A DNA stretch of 62,642 bases from a virus (taxonomy: Duplodnaviria; Caudoviricetes), in IMG/VR virus record IMGVR_UViG_3300049782_000072, positions 1 to 62,642 of that record; one strand, given 5' to 3'. This document shows, piece by piece, positions 1-9,047 of this stretch (position 1 is its first letter; the number at the start of each line of letters is the position of its first letter). Under the pieces are notes generated by a model. The model was given only the letters and a program-made list of their open reading frames with translations. It did not search any database and was not told where the DNA came from. The translations under genes and the position numbers were made by a program.

Positions 1-126
1 CCTCGGTGGCGGGCGGGCAGTTGCCGCAGTCGCAGGGCTGGTCGGGGAAGTGCTCGGTGTTGCGGTAGTGCCGGACCGCGGCGTCCCAGGCGGCCTTCGG
101 CAGGGACCACTCCGGGGGCGGGCCGG
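1..126 (+). repeat. Terminal direct overlap, copy 1 (circularity signature)
   Basis: 1-126 is identical to 62509-62634. Confidence 0.95.
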
Positions 127-319
127 GCGGGCTGGATCCGGTGGGCCATGCGCCGGGCCGGTGGCCGGGCGGCTTCGGAGCCGCGGGTTTCGGCGGCGGG
201 GTGCGGCGGGCGCGGCCGATGTCGATCTGCGCTCGCATCAGGGCCTGGAGTTCGCTGCGGCCCTCGGCCCGGACGGCCTTGATGTCGTCGACGCCGATCT
301 CGTCCGGCTCCTCGGTCAC
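1..319 (-). CDS. Hypothetical Pro-rich protein spanning the circular junction (continues to the stop at 62498-62500)
   Basis: GTG at 319 overlaps the upstream stop; reads MTEEPDEIGVDD...PCDCGNCPPATEETQ* across the overlap. Confidence 0.75.
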   Translation of the reverse strand, partial: MTEEPDEIGVDDIKAVRAEGRSELQALMRAQIDIGRARRTPPPKPAAPKPPGHRPGAWPTGSSPPGPPPEWSLPKAAWDAAVRHYRNTEHFPDQPCDCGNCPPATE

Positions 320-621
320 GAGGTGGCCTCCTGATCGGCCACGGGGATGCTTACGACCCGCGCATCGAAGGGGGTGACCATCACGTCGCGACTGCGGTCG
401 GTGCGCACGCGGTAGGCGCCGGGCCTGCTGCACCGGCTCCCCGCCTCCTCGATCTGCTCGACGGACGCGGTGGAGGACTGGTCGGCCTCGTGGAAGCACA
501 CGCCGCATGGCCAGTTCGCGGCGACGAAGCCGAGGTCGCGGTAGTGGCGTCCCTTGCTGATCCAGGCGATCCAGACGCGGGTGCCGATTGGCAGCACGGG
601 CATGGCGACGGCGGACCTCAT
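316..621 (-). CDS. Hypothetical protein
   Basis: ATGA-coupled to the DnaC-like gene; Cys-containing. Confidence 0.6.
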   Translation of the reverse strand: MRSAVAMPVLPIGTRVWIAWISKGRHYRDLGFVAANWPCGVCFHEADQSSTASVEQIEEAGSRCSRPGAYRVRTDRSRDVMVTPFDARVVSIPVADQEATS

Positions 622-1337
622 GCGACACCGAGCCGTCGGTCGTTGCCGCCGATGGCGACGACGGTGGTGGTCTGGGCGAGCCGGGAGGTGATGCGCTGCC
701 CAAGCTGATCTTTGAGGTCCGGTCCGTTCGGGTCCGCGACCGGCAGGTTGCTGGTGATGATCAGCGGGCGGCATTCGTTGTACCGCTCGTTGAGGATCCG
801 GTAGGTGGCTTCCTCGGTGAACTCGCTGATCTTCTCGGTGCCGAGGTCGTCGATGAGCAGCAGCGGTATCCGCATGAGCCGCTTTACCTCGTACTCGGGC
901 CCCTTCTCGCTGCCGCCCGGACGCATGAGGGCGTACATGTCCGGGGCTGTGAGCGCGACAAGCTCGAACCGGTCGGGTCCGGCCTCGGCGATGCGACGGA
1001 GTGCGCCGTAGGCCTGGTGGGTTTTGCCGGTGCCGAACGGGCCGGTGAGGAAGAGGATCCCGGCTGTGCGCGGGTCGTCAATGACCCGGTCGGCCCACGC
1101 AATGACCTGGGGGTGTGTGGCTTCGGCTCCCTGGTAGCGGTACGGGGTGGCGGTGGTCCAGCGGCTGACGGCGATGTTGGCACGCTGGCGGCGGTGGTAC
1201 TCCGGGTGGCCGGGTTCGTCGGGGGTGGGGGTGTCGTCGATGGGGCCGGCGGTGATGTGGCCGAGGCCGCGCGCTTCGAGCATCTGCTGCATGCGCTGCA
1301 TGACGGCTTCACTCGCCAGAGGCTTGGGGTCGGGCAT
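618..1337 (-). CDS. DnaC/IstB-like AAA+ ATPase (helicase loader)
   Basis: Walker A GPFGTGKT, Walker B LLLIDDLG, IITSN and RITSRL motifs; directly downstream of the initiator. Confidence 0.9.
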   Translation of the reverse strand: MPDPKPLASEAVMQRMQQMLEARGLGHITAGPIDDTPTPDEPGHPEYHRRQRANIAVSRWTTATPYRYQGAEATHPQVIAWADRVIDDPRTAGILFLTGPFGTGKTHQAYGALRRIAEAGPDRFELVALTAPDMYALMRPGGSEKGPEYEVKRLMRIPLLLIDDLGTEKISEFTEEATYRILNERYNECRPLIITSNLPVADPNGPDLKDQLGQRITSRLAQTTTVVAIGGNDRRLGVA

Positions 1338-2175
1338 GGGTGTGGAATCCGTTCTGGTAGACGGAGTGGTCTTCGGGGGCTTGGTAGTGCTGGTGGCGTT
1401 GGCCGCCGACTGGGCGGAGGTTGGGCTTGCCGTTGGGCTCGGGCGCGTACTTGTCCTCGTAGCGGCGCTCGCGAAGCCAGTTGGCGGAGTGCTTGACGTA
1501 CTGGAAGTCCTTGCCTGCGACTTCGCGGGCGTAGGCGACGGCAGCAGTGGTGATCTTCTGCGGGTCGGTGCCGCCGAGTACTGCGGCAGTCCAGGACTCG
1601 AGCGTCTTGTCGTAGTCCTTGCTCTTCGGGTAGAGCGCCCAGAAGTTGCCGAATTCCTTCTTTTCGTCGGCGGTGATTTCGCGGGCCGCAGTAGAAGGGG
1701 TAGCGGTGGCTCCCCCTTGCGTAGATGTTTCTTCCTCTTGAGGAGCTGAGGGGTCTGAGGAGTAGGGGGTAGCCGTGGCTCCTTCAGAGTGAGCCGTGGC
1801 TCCTTCTGAGTGAGCCGTGGCTACCCCTTGGGGTAGCGGTGGCTCCCCCTTAGAGGTAGCGGTGGCTCCCCCTTCGAAGGGGGGAACGATGAACGTCATC
1901 CGGACGCCGGGTACGGCGTAGAGGATCCGGCCGTCCTTGCCCTTGCCGATAGGGACACGGAACTCCCAGCCGGCGGCAGCGAGTCGCTTCAGGGCGTTGC
2001 GGACAACAACGGCGTCCTTCGCCCCGGTCCAGCGGGCGAGGTCTTCGAGGGCGGCCCAGCTCCTTCGGGTGTCCTCTTTGGCGTCGTCCGCGATCTCCAG
2101 AGCAACGGCGCGTTGCAGGCCGGTGATGTCCGGTCCCAGCGCCTCGCGCAGTTTGCGGCGGAGCTCGTAGCCCAT
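1309..2175 (-). CDS. Phage replication initiator (lambda O-like architecture)
   Basis: N-terminal HTH-like region, repetitive linker containing iterons, C-terminal FWALYPK...ANWL...RY domain; followed by the loader gene. Confidence 0.8.
   Translation of the reverse strand: MGYELRRKLREALGPDITGLQRAVALEIADDAKEDTRRSWAALEDLARWTGAKDAVVVRNALKRLAAAGWEFRVPIGKGKDGRILYAVPGVRMTFIVPPFEGGATATSKGEPPLPQGVATAHSEGATAHSEGATATPYSSDPSAPQEEETSTQGGATATPSTAAREITADEKKEFGNFWALYPKSKDYDKTLESWTAAVLGGTDPQKITTAAVAYAREVAGKDFQYVKHSANWLRERRYEDKYAPEPNGKPNLRPVGGQRHQHYQAPEDHSVYQNGFHTHARPQASGE
1699..1874. repeat. Iteron cluster, putative replication origin inside the initiator gene
   Basis: Six copies of AGC(C/G)GTGGCT; three are the exact 20-mer GGTAGCGGTGGCTCCCCCTT; five are spaced 21-23 bp apart. 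Confidence 0.75.
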
Positions 2176-2282
2176 CGGTTCTCTTCTCTCGGGAGGGGTG
2201 TCGCTCGTTTCGGCTGCTGGTTCTGGACAGCCCTCATGGGGGCGGGATGGCCTCGAGGGGAGAGGCTTCCCGCCCCCTCGAA

Positions 2283-2290
2283 TTGTACAA
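2283..2290. promoter_or_regulatory. TTGTACAA palindrome, putative Phd/YefM-type operator
   Basis: TGTACA-core palindrome about 45 bp upstream of the phd-like gene. Confidence 0.5.
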
Positions 2291-2332
2291 CCCGACGGAC
2301 ATTACAACAGGGCTTATGTGTATCCTGGTCGC

Positions 2333-2632
2333 ATGAGTGAGTCCGGGATCCGACAGCTGGGCGTCTCCGAAGCCCGCGCGAACATGACCGAGGTCATCGC
2401 CGAGGTACGCCTCCTCGGAAAGCCCGTCGCGCTCACCCGCCGCGACAAGCCGCAGGCGATGCTCGTCTCCATGGACCGCTGGAAGCAGGCCGTCCTCGAC
2501 GCCGAGGTTCGCCCCTTCCACGACGACGTCGTCCGCCGACTCAAGGCCCTGCTCGAGGACAAAGAGTTCGCGGACCTGCTCGAGCGCAAAGACCCCACGT
2601 TGTACGAGGTTCTTGACGCCGACGCGCTCTGA
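2333..2632 (+). CDS. Phd/YefM-family antitoxin-like protein (no adjacent toxin)
   Basis: LGVSEARANMTEVIAEV...VALTRRDKPQAMLVS matches the Phd N-terminal pattern. Confidence 0.8.
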   Translation: MSESGIRQLGVSEARANMTEVIAEVRLLGKPVALTRRDKPQAMLVSMDRWKQAVLDAEVRPFHDDVVRRLKALLEDKEFADLLERKDPTLYEVLDADAL

Positions 2633-2655
2633 CATCCCACCCCTCCTCTCCTCCG

Positions 2656-2678
2656 GGCCCCGCGGGCGCGGGGCCTTT
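2656..2678 (+). terminator. Intrinsic terminator after the phd-like gene
   Basis: GGCCCCGCG/CGCGGGGCC stem followed by TTT. Confidence 0.55.
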
Positions 2679-2863
2679 GTCGTGTGCGGGTTGATGGTTG
2701 GCTGATGCCGTTCTTGATCGACACGGGCGCCGCGTTTGCATCGGGTGCCGGGTGCGCTAGTCCCGTGTCTCGTCGTGCTGGCCGGTGGCGGCCGGGTCGG
2801 CTGGTGCCGTCAACCGGCCGAGACGGAGATCACCCGGTCCGGCGCGCGGCCGGCGGACCGCGG

Positions 2864-3196
2864 TCACGCGGCGGCCCGGCTGCGGGCTCGGTGGACGGTG
2901 CGGCGGGAGCAGCGGATCCGTTCGGCGATGGCCGCCGAGGACAGGCCCCGCTGGTCGAGTCGGGTGATCGCTGCCTGCCGTTCGCGCGGAGTGAGCCGCT
3001 CAGGCGGATCCCCGGCCGCGGCCCGCTCGATGGCGGCCTCATCGGGCTCCGCGGCAGGGCGCCTGGCGCGGACGCGGTTGCACTCCCGGCAGTAGAGCCA
3101 GCCGCGGGAGTCGCGGGCCGCGTTCTCCGGGAACGGATGGCCGTGCCTGCAGGCCGGACTGGACTCGCTCGTGCGCTTCCGCTGCTGGCCGCTCAT
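2864..3196 (-). CDS. Zn-finger plus HTH DNA-binding protein
   Basis: CRHGH...CRECNR motif and C-terminal SAAIAERIRCSRRTVHR HTH. Confidence 0.7.
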   Translation of the reverse strand: MSGQQRKRTSESSPACRHGHPFPENAARDSRGWLYCRECNRVRARRPAAEPDEAAIERAAAGDPPERLTPRERQAAITRLDQRGLSSAAIAERIRCSRRTVHRARSRAAA

Positions 3197-4044
3197 GCCG
3201 CCACCCCCAGGTCGTCTTCGGGGTGCTCGCGGAGGGCATGGTCGACGTAGGACTTGTGGACGCCGAGGCGTTCGGCGGTGGCGAATCGGTCGAGGTTGTT
3301 GGTGCGCATGAGCCAGTGCGCGTTCTCGGCGATGACCTGCCGCCGGGGCGTTGCGTCCTGGACAGCCGGCGTGAAGTCCGGATTGTCGTAGTCGTCGGGG
3401 TCCCAGTAGGCGGTGCCAGCCCAGCCCTTGCCAGCGGCCGTTTTGCGGATGCGTTCGGCGATGTGGGCGGCAACGCCGTGGTCTTCCGGCTGCTGCCCGG
3501 CGAGCTGGGCGGACAGTGCGGCGACGTAGTCGGCGACCCAGCGGCGGACCATCGTGGTGCCGGGGTTGCTGTTCTGCAGGTAGACGATGAACTGCTTGCG
3601 CTTTCCGCAGAGCTCGCCCAGCTGGCCGGCCGGCCAGCCGTCGGCGGCCAGGGCCCGGAGGCGGAGGATCGTGCCGCGCCCGGAGATGTGGACGCCGGAG
3701 CGCGGTGTGTCGACCTGGCGCGGCTTGACGGCCAGGATGCGGGCCTCGCTGTCCCGGCGGATGTCGCTGCGCTGCCCGACGATCCGGTAGAAGACGTTCT
3801 GGCACAGGCCCGATTCGGCTTGGATCTCCTTGTCGGACATGCCGTGGCTGCGGAGGAGTTCGATGTGGCGGGCGGCTCGCTGCGGGCTGACCTTGGTGCC
3901 GCGCCCGGTGTTGCGGAGGTAGCGCTGTCGGCGGACGGTGGCGGTCATGCCGGTCGTGCAGGTGGCGCAGCGGCAGCCGCGGCGGTAGCGGCGCGGGTCG
4001 CCGTGCTCGAAGGCTTCGGCGGGGATGGCGGGGCGGCCCATCAC
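3193..4044 (-). CDS. Hypothetical HTH-containing phage protein
   Basis: HG...YRRGCRCATC N-terminus, HTH-like segments, coupled start/stop. Confidence 0.65.
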   Translation of the reverse strand: MMGRPAIPAEAFEHGDPRRYRRGCRCATCTTGMTATVRRQRYLRNTGRGTKVSPQRAARHIELLRSHGMSDKEIQAESGLCQNVFYRIVGQRSDIRRDSEARILAVKPRQVDTPRSGVHISGRGTILRLRALAADGWPAGQLGELCGKRKQFIVYLQNSNPGTTMVRRWVADYVAALSAQLAGQQPEDHGVAAHIAERIRKTAAGKGWAGTAYWDPDDYDNPDFTPAVQDATPRRQVIAENAHWLMRTNNLDRFATAERLGVHKSYVDHALREHPEDDLGVAA

Positions 4045-4226
4045 TTCTCCTTCCGGGTGGCGGTGGGCAGTGCGGCGATGCGGCGGCAGGTGATGTAGGC
4101 GTCGATGTCGGTGGGCGGCTGGTTGTCGGCCGCGGCGGGGAGGTGGCGGCGCTCGCGCCAGGCGGTGCGGACGGCCATCACGGCGCCGGGGGCGAGGACG
4201 GCGGGCACGAGCCAGGCGAGGTTCAT
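4041..4226 (-). CDS. Small membrane-anchored hypothetical protein
   Basis: Hydrophobic N-terminus; coupled in operon. Confidence 0.55.
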   Translation of the reverse strand: MNLAWLVPAVLAPGAVMAVRTAWRERRHLPAAADNQPPTDIDAYITCRRIAALPTATRKEK

Positions 4227-4495
4227 CAGCGCTCCTCCGTTCCGTCGAAGCCGAGCTGCCCGGCGACCTGGGTGAGGGGCTCGGGCGGCATGAGGGCGTC
4301 GAGGGCCGTCTGGTGCTCGGTGTCGCCGGAGGCGCAGAACACCTTGCGGTCGGCGGTGATGGTCCAGCCGGTGCCGACCAGCGCCTTACGGGCCTCGTTG
4401 AGGTCAGCGAAGTGGGCGGTGTACTCGTCCTCGTCCCAGGTGTAGCGGCAGACGTCGCAGGTGACGGTGATGCAGGCGTGGGTCTTGATCGGCAT
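4226..4495 (-). CDS. Hypothetical Zn-binding protein
   Basis: CDVC...GW...FC motif; coupled. Confidence 0.6.
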   Translation of the reverse strand: MPIKTHACITVTCDVCRYTWDEDEYTAHFADLNEARKALVGTGWTITADRKVFCASGDTEHQTALDALMPPEPLTQVAGQLGFDGTEER

Positions 4496-4860
4496 CACGC
4501 CACCGCCTTCCGGAAGCTGACGGTGCCGGTCCACTGCTTGCAGATGGAGCCGTGGACGGTGGCCCGCTTGGAGCGGACGTAGCCGGCTTCCTCGATGACT
4601 CCGGCGCGGGCGGCGTTGTTGAACGCGGCTCCCCAGCGCGCGGGGTGGTCGGGCTCGTCGACGAGACCTTCGCGGATGAGGTCGGCGGCCTGGAAGGGCT
4701 GGCCGCGGCGGGCGAGGAGCTCTATGGCGCCGCGGCAGGCGGTGGCCCAGTCGGGCGGGGTGTTGGCGGTGGCGCGGGCGATGCCGTCCTGCTTGGCGGT
4801 CTCGGCGGCAGCCGGGGAGATGGTGCCCTGCACCGGCTCGGGGAACTGCAGCTGTGTCAT
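4495..4860 (-). CDS. Hypothetical phage protein (wHTH-like)
   Basis: AGGAG RBS; WGAAF...AARAGVI pattern. Confidence 0.65.
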   Translation of the reverse strand: MTQLQFPEPVQGTISPAAAETAKQDGIARATANTPPDWATACRGAIELLARRGQPFQAADLIREGLVDEPDHPARWGAAFNNAARAGVIEEAGYVRSKRATVHGSICKQWTGTVSFRKAVA

Positions 4861-4921
4861 GGTGGTCTCCTGAAGGTCGAGGAGGCCGCCCGCGATAGCA
4901 ACGCGGGCGGCGCCTCAGCGG

Positions 4922-5752
4922 CTACTCGGTGGAGGTGGCGGCCGGCTTGTCGGTCTTGCCGCCGGTGAGCTCGTCGGTGCTGACGCGTGGGGCCGGGAAC
5001 TCCTCCTCGGCGGTGACCTCGCCGCGCTGGATCGACTTGAAGATGACCAGCAGCTGGGCCACGTCGTGCTCGGTCCACTTGCCGGACTCGCGGTCGAAGC
5101 GGGCCTCGATCCGGTCCGCGGTCACGCCGAGCCCCTCGAAGGCCTTGATGGCGTCGGCGATGCGCTGGGCGAGGGGCTTGCCGCCGCCGTCGCGCAGGGT
5201 CTGGTTGCAGAGCTCCTTGGCCTCCTCGACGAACCAGGGCGGCAGGATCGCGAAGATCGCCTCACGGACGCGGCGGGCGCCGTTGTTGGCGTTGTTCTCG
5301 TAGATGTCCCGCATGTCGGTGAGCTGCTTGGTGCCGCTCTTCGTGTCGCGACGGTGAGGGACGATGAACGTCGAGGAGTTGCGGGAATTGGTCTGCACGT
5401 CCCAGGCGAAGGCCTGCATCTCGGACTGGCCGTAGTCGTCGTCGCGGCGCATTTCGACGAGGCCGTACTGGACGTTGCCCCAGACCCGGGCCAGCTCCCG
5501 GGCCAGGTGGACGGAGGCGCCGGTGACGGTGGAGCCGCCGCGGGAGTAGCGGAAGAAGGCGCGCTCGGCGAGGCCCTGCTGCTTGCACGACTCGCGCATC
5601 TCGGCGACCGCGGCCTGGATGTTGCGGGGGCACTGCTGGGCGACGACGACCGCGGCCTGCACCTCGGCGGCGGCGCGGGACTGCTCGACGGCGGTGCCCT
5701 GCCCGATGCGGGCCGGCGTGGTGGTGGACGGGATGGGGATGGGCTGGTTCAC
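4922..5752 (-). CDS. Conserved phage protein, putative single-strand annealing partner of the RecE-like nuclease
   Basis: 276 aa, coupled directly downstream of the exonuclease; function inferred from position only. Confidence 0.5.
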   Translation of the reverse strand: MNQPIPIPSTTTPARIGQGTAVEQSRAAAEVQAAVVVAQQCPRNIQAAVAEMRESCKQQGLAERAFFRYSRGGSTVTGASVHLARELARVWGNVQYGLVEMRRDDDYGQSEMQAFAWDVQTNSRNSSTFIVPHRRDTKSGTKQLTDMRDIYENNANNGARRVREAIFAILPPWFVEEAKELCNQTLRDGGGKPLAQRIADAIKAFEGLGVTADRIEARFDRESGKWTEHDVAQLLVIFKSIQRGEVTAEEEFPAPRVSTDELTGGKTDKPAATSTE

Positions 5753-6669
5753 GCGTACTCCTCGTGGTCGCGCCGCTCGGCCCAGGCGGGCAGCGGCAAG
5801 TAGGTGATGCGGTCGTTGAAGCCGGGCCAGTTGCCGGTGCGCTCGCAGTCGGCGTAGATCCGCAGTGCCTTCTCGTTGCGGGCGGCGCCGAGGGCGAGGG
5901 CCGGGAAGTCGAGCTCGACCAGGTGCACCAGGTACGGCGGCGTCTTGGACTGAAAGACGAAGACGAACGCGGGCTCCTGGTCACCGTGCAGGCCTAGCGC
6001 CTTGGAGCCTTCGAGGTAGAAAGCGGCCTGGGCGTGATAGCCGTGCTCGTACACGGCCCGCTGCAGGGCGGCGGGGTCGACCGCCCTGGCCGACTTGAGG
6101 TCGACGACGATGAGGCGGCCCTCCCCGGCCGGCTTCAGCCAGTCCGGGCGTATCCGGCAGCGCACCCCGGTCGCCGGGTCGGTCCAGTAGATGGACCGTT
6201 CGGCGATCCCCGTGCCGGGGGCGAAGAGCGGGCCGGCGACGGGGTGCTTGCGCACCGCTTCAGCCATCGCCTGGACCTGCTCCCACTCGTGGCGGAGCAG
6301 AGGTACGACGCCCATGTGGCGGGCCTCGTCGCGTGCTTCCTTGGCCGCCTTCGTCACATAGCTGTCGAAGGGCAGTACGTCGACCTCGCAGCCCTCCCCC
6401 AGTACCTCGGTGTGGACGGCGTGCCCGAGGTCGAACTCGCGTTTCGGCGCCGGGGGGTTGTCGCGGTCGTGCTTGAACTGGGCGGGGCAGCCGGGCGGCA
6501 GCAGGGCCCGCAGCCCGGTCGACGAGACCGTGGTGCGGTCGGCGTGGTAGTCGTCGGCGGACAGGCCGTCGACCCAGCCGGGCTGGCCGTCTTCGCAGTT
6601 CTCGCAGAGGCCGTCCCGGGTGAACGGCCCGCCGGTAGCGCCGCACTGGCGGCAGGCGAGCGGGCTCAA
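5749..6669 (-). CDS. PD-(D/E)XK RecE/exonuclease VIII-like nuclease (DUF3799-like)
   Basis: YHAD..VSSTGL, G.AVH, RIRPDWL...VDLKS and YHAQAAFY motifs. Confidence 0.88.
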   Translation of the reverse strand: MSPLACRQCGATGGPFTRDGLCENCEDGQPGWVDGLSADDYHADRTTVSSTGLRALLPPGCPAQFKHDRDNPPAPKREFDLGHAVHTEVLGEGCEVDVLPFDSYVTKAAKEARDEARHMGVVPLLRHEWEQVQAMAEAVRKHPVAGPLFAPGTGIAERSIYWTDPATGVRCRIRPDWLKPAGEGRLIVVDLKSARAVDPAALQRAVYEHGYHAQAAFYLEGSKALGLHGDQEPAFVFVFQSKTPPYLVHLVELDFPALALGAARNEKALRIYADCERTGNWPGFNDRITYLPLPAWAERRDHEEYA

Positions 6670-6905
6670 AACGGGTACTCCTTCGCGGGGTTGCGGCGGG
6701 GCCAGAGGCGGAGGCTCCAGGTGCGGAGCCAGGCGAGGCAGTGGCAGTCCTCCCAGTCGGGGTCGCCGGCCGGGGTGATGTAGCCGTGGCCTCCGTGTCC
6801 GTGGCAGGACTGGCAGTTCGGGTCGGGCTTGGGGTGCCGGGTGAGGTAGATCGCCCGCTGGTGCAGTTCGATCTGCCAGCGGCCGAAGGTGCGGGTGAGG
6901 TACAT
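6666..6905 (-). CDS. Hypothetical Zn-finger protein
   Basis: CQSCHGHGG...CHC. Confidence 0.6.
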   Translation of the reverse strand: MYLTRTFGRWQIELHQRAIYLTRHPKPDPNCQSCHGHGGHGYITPAGDPDWEDCHCLAWLRTWSLRLWPRRNPAKEYPF

Positions 6906-7038
6906 GAGGCCCCGTTTCTGGGTGTGCTGATTGGCGGGCCCGCCGCTGGCGGTGGGGGTGCCGCGAACGGCGGGCCCTGGGGTGGCGGCGCGGAGTGGGG
7001 GGCTCGACGCGTCGCCGGTATGGGGGATGTGCGGATGG

Positions 7039-7368
7039 TCAGGCGAGGGCGGGGATCTCGCATGCCGCCCAGGCGAGCTGCTCGTACAGCTCGTCGGGGT
7101 CGAGGACGGCCCGAAGTTCGTCGGCGGGCTTCGTCCAGTCGGCGAAGTCGGCGACCTTCTGGGCGCCGCGGGTTGCGTCGTCCTCGTACATGGCGGAGGC
7201 GATGAGCCGGCCGGAGTGGTGGCCGATGCTCCACCGGAGGCCGCTGGTGGGCTCGACCTCGTCGGGGATCTCGTAGACGAACAGTCCGGGGACGGGGCTG
7301 GTGGCGGGCACGGTGAAGTCGCCCATGTCCGTGTGGAAGGTGTGGGTGAGCGTGACGGTGCTGGTCAC
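7039..7368 (-). CDS. Hypothetical protein
   Basis: AGGAG RBS; protein-like composition. Confidence 0.6.
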   Translation of the reverse strand: MTSTVTLTHTFHTDMGDFTVPATSPVPGLFVYEIPDEVEPTSGLRWSIGHHSGRLIASAMYEDDATRGAQKVADFADWTKPADELRAVLDPDELYEQLAWAACEIPALA

Positions 7369-7440
7369 GGTGATCTCCTATGGGATGCTGGTGGTTGACC
7401 CCCGCCCGCTGGACCCGGGTGGGGTTCTTGCTGTCCGGCC

Positions 7441-7881
7441 TCAGGCGGTGCGGCCGGGGTCGGTGACGGGCTGGATGTCGAGGGCGTCCCAGAGCGGCCG
7501 GACGTCGATGGGCCCGGTGGCCTGGTCCTCGGGCCCGTCGACCGGGCGCACCATGGGCGGCACGTCGATGCGGTGGGCGTTGGCTTCGGCCGCGAGGTGC
7601 GGGCCGAACCGGGCCTTGAGTGCGAGGGCTTCGTCCCGCCAGTAGTCGCGCTCGGTGGTGAGCTCGTCGAGGGTGGCCTGCTGCTGGACGGCGATCTCCT
7701 GCGCTTCGTCGAGCTGGTGATGGGCGACGGTGAGGTCCCACCGCAGCAGCGCCACCTCGTCGCCCGCCGCGGCGAGGGCCGTCTCTAGCTGCTGCTCGCG
7801 CTCCCGCAGCCGCTCCACCTCGTCGACGGCGCGGCGCCGGCCGTGGCCTTTCAGGGCGGGGATCAGGTCGTTGAGGGTCAC
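7441..7881 (-). CDS. Hypothetical coiled-coil protein
   Basis: GTGA coupling; heptad-rich. Confidence 0.6.
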   Translation of the reverse strand: MTLNDLIPALKGHGRRRAVDEVERLREREQQLETALAAAGDEVALLRWDLTVAHHQLDEAQEIAVQQQATLDELTTERDYWRDEALALKARFGPHLAAEANAHRIDVPPMVRPVDGPEDQATGPIDVRPLWDALDIQPVTDPGRTA

Positions 7882-8357
7882 GACGCCTCCGCCGGCAGTT
7901 CCACGTCTTCCACGGAGCGCTGCTTCACCGCCGCCAGCGACACCACCTCGGCGGTCTCCTCGCGCGGCGTGCACTGTGCCGAGCCGCCCGCCAGGCAGAT
8001 GCGCTCGACGAACCGCATCTGCTCCGACGCCTTCTCGTCCCACTCGACGCGGCGCTGCTCCAGGATCTCGGCCGTGTTGTGGCCGACAAACAGGAAGGGC
8101 GAGCCCGGATGGCCGGGCCAGCGGTCACCGGTGCGGGGGTCGAAGTGCGTGTTGCGGTAGCCGAGCCACATCTGGGCGTGCTTGCCGCACATGCCCTTCG
8201 GTCGGCTGACGTTGAACCGCTCGTCCGGCGGATACATGCGGTTGGTGTTGCGGTACTGCTGCTGGCGCCAGGCGGCGGCTTCCCAGGTGCGCCACTGGGT
8301 CTTGAGGTGCTCGGGCACGGGCTGCCCGAGGAACGTGTCGGGTGCTGCGGTGTTCAC
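7878..8357 (-). CDS. Hypothetical protein
   Basis: GTGA coupling at both ends. Confidence 0.6.
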   Translation of the reverse strand: MNTAAPDTFLGQPVPEHLKTQWRTWEAAAWRQQQYRNTNRMYPPDERFNVSRPKGMCGKHAQMWLGYRNTHFDPRTGDRWPGHPGSPFLFVGHNTAEILEQRRVEWDEKASEQMRFVERICLAGGSAQCTPREETAEVVSLAAVKQRSVEDVELPAEAS

Positions 8358-8548
8358 GGCCCCTCCAGTCCGGTGCGGTCGATGTAGCCGGCGGCTGCCG
8401 TGTCGGCGAAGTCGCGGGCGGTGGTGAGTTCGAAGTTGCGCTCTTGCTCGGCGGCGATCTGGTGGGCGAGTTCGATGGCGCGGGCGCTGAGCCGGTCGAT
8501 GGCGGCGCGGATCTCGGCGTCCGTGGTCGGCTCGACCGGGGCGGTCAC
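8354..8548 (-). CDS. Hypothetical protein
   Basis: Coupled small ORF. Confidence 0.5.
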   Translation of the reverse strand: MTAPVEPTTDAEIRAAIDRLSARAIELAHQIAAEQERNFELTTARDFADTAAAGYIDRTGLEGP

Positions 8549-8850
8549 CGGGCGAGCCCGTCGGCAGCGGCCCGCAGCCCGGCCACGACCTGCTCCTGGG
8601 TGCGGCCCGGTGTGCGCTCCCACGGCACGATGAGCCGTTCGTCGAGGTGCGTGACGAGCGCGTCCCAGGCAGCGAGGGTGGTTTCCTCGGCGTCCGGCGT
8701 GCCCTTGCCGGGGACGTAGCCGGCGGCACGGTCGATGGCGTCCATCACCGGGTTCCGCAGCGGGTCCCAGCCCTCCGTCTCCAGCAGGGTGGCGGTGTCG
8801 CGGAGGACGGTGGCGACGCGGGAGCGGGTCACGGACAGGGTCATCATCAC
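8545..8850 (-). CDS. Hypothetical protein (DUF6197-like)
   Basis: LLETEGW...W...PGRTQEQVVAGLRAAA pattern. Confidence 0.55.
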   Translation of the reverse strand: MMMTLSVTRSRVATVLRDTATLLETEGWDPLRNPVMDAIDRAAGYVPGKGTPDAEETTLAAWDALVTHLDERLIVPWERTPGRTQEQVVAGLRAAADGLAR

Positions 8851-9047
8851 GCGGCCTCCTGCTGGTGGGTGCGCAGCCAGTGGCGGCGGTGGTTGTAGCG
8901 GACGTGGACCTGTTCGATGCGGTCGATGTACTCGTCGGGCGTCCAGGGGCGGGCGCCTCGGGCGCGGCGGGCGAACTCCTGCTCGACGCGGGCGAGGGCG
9001 TCCTGCTCCAGGTCGGCCAGCGGGCGGGGTTCGGCGGCGGTGGCCAT
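8847..9047 (-). CDS. Hypothetical protein
   Basis: Coupled small ORF. Confidence 0.55.
   Translation of the reverse strand: MATAAEPRPLADLEQDALARVEQEFARRARGARPWTPDEYIDRIEQVHVRYNHRRHWLRTHQQEAA

Noticed and set aside
1699-1874. CRISPR-like array
   Set aside because: The repeats are nearly contiguous with no unique spacers, lie inside a CDS, and there are no cas genes
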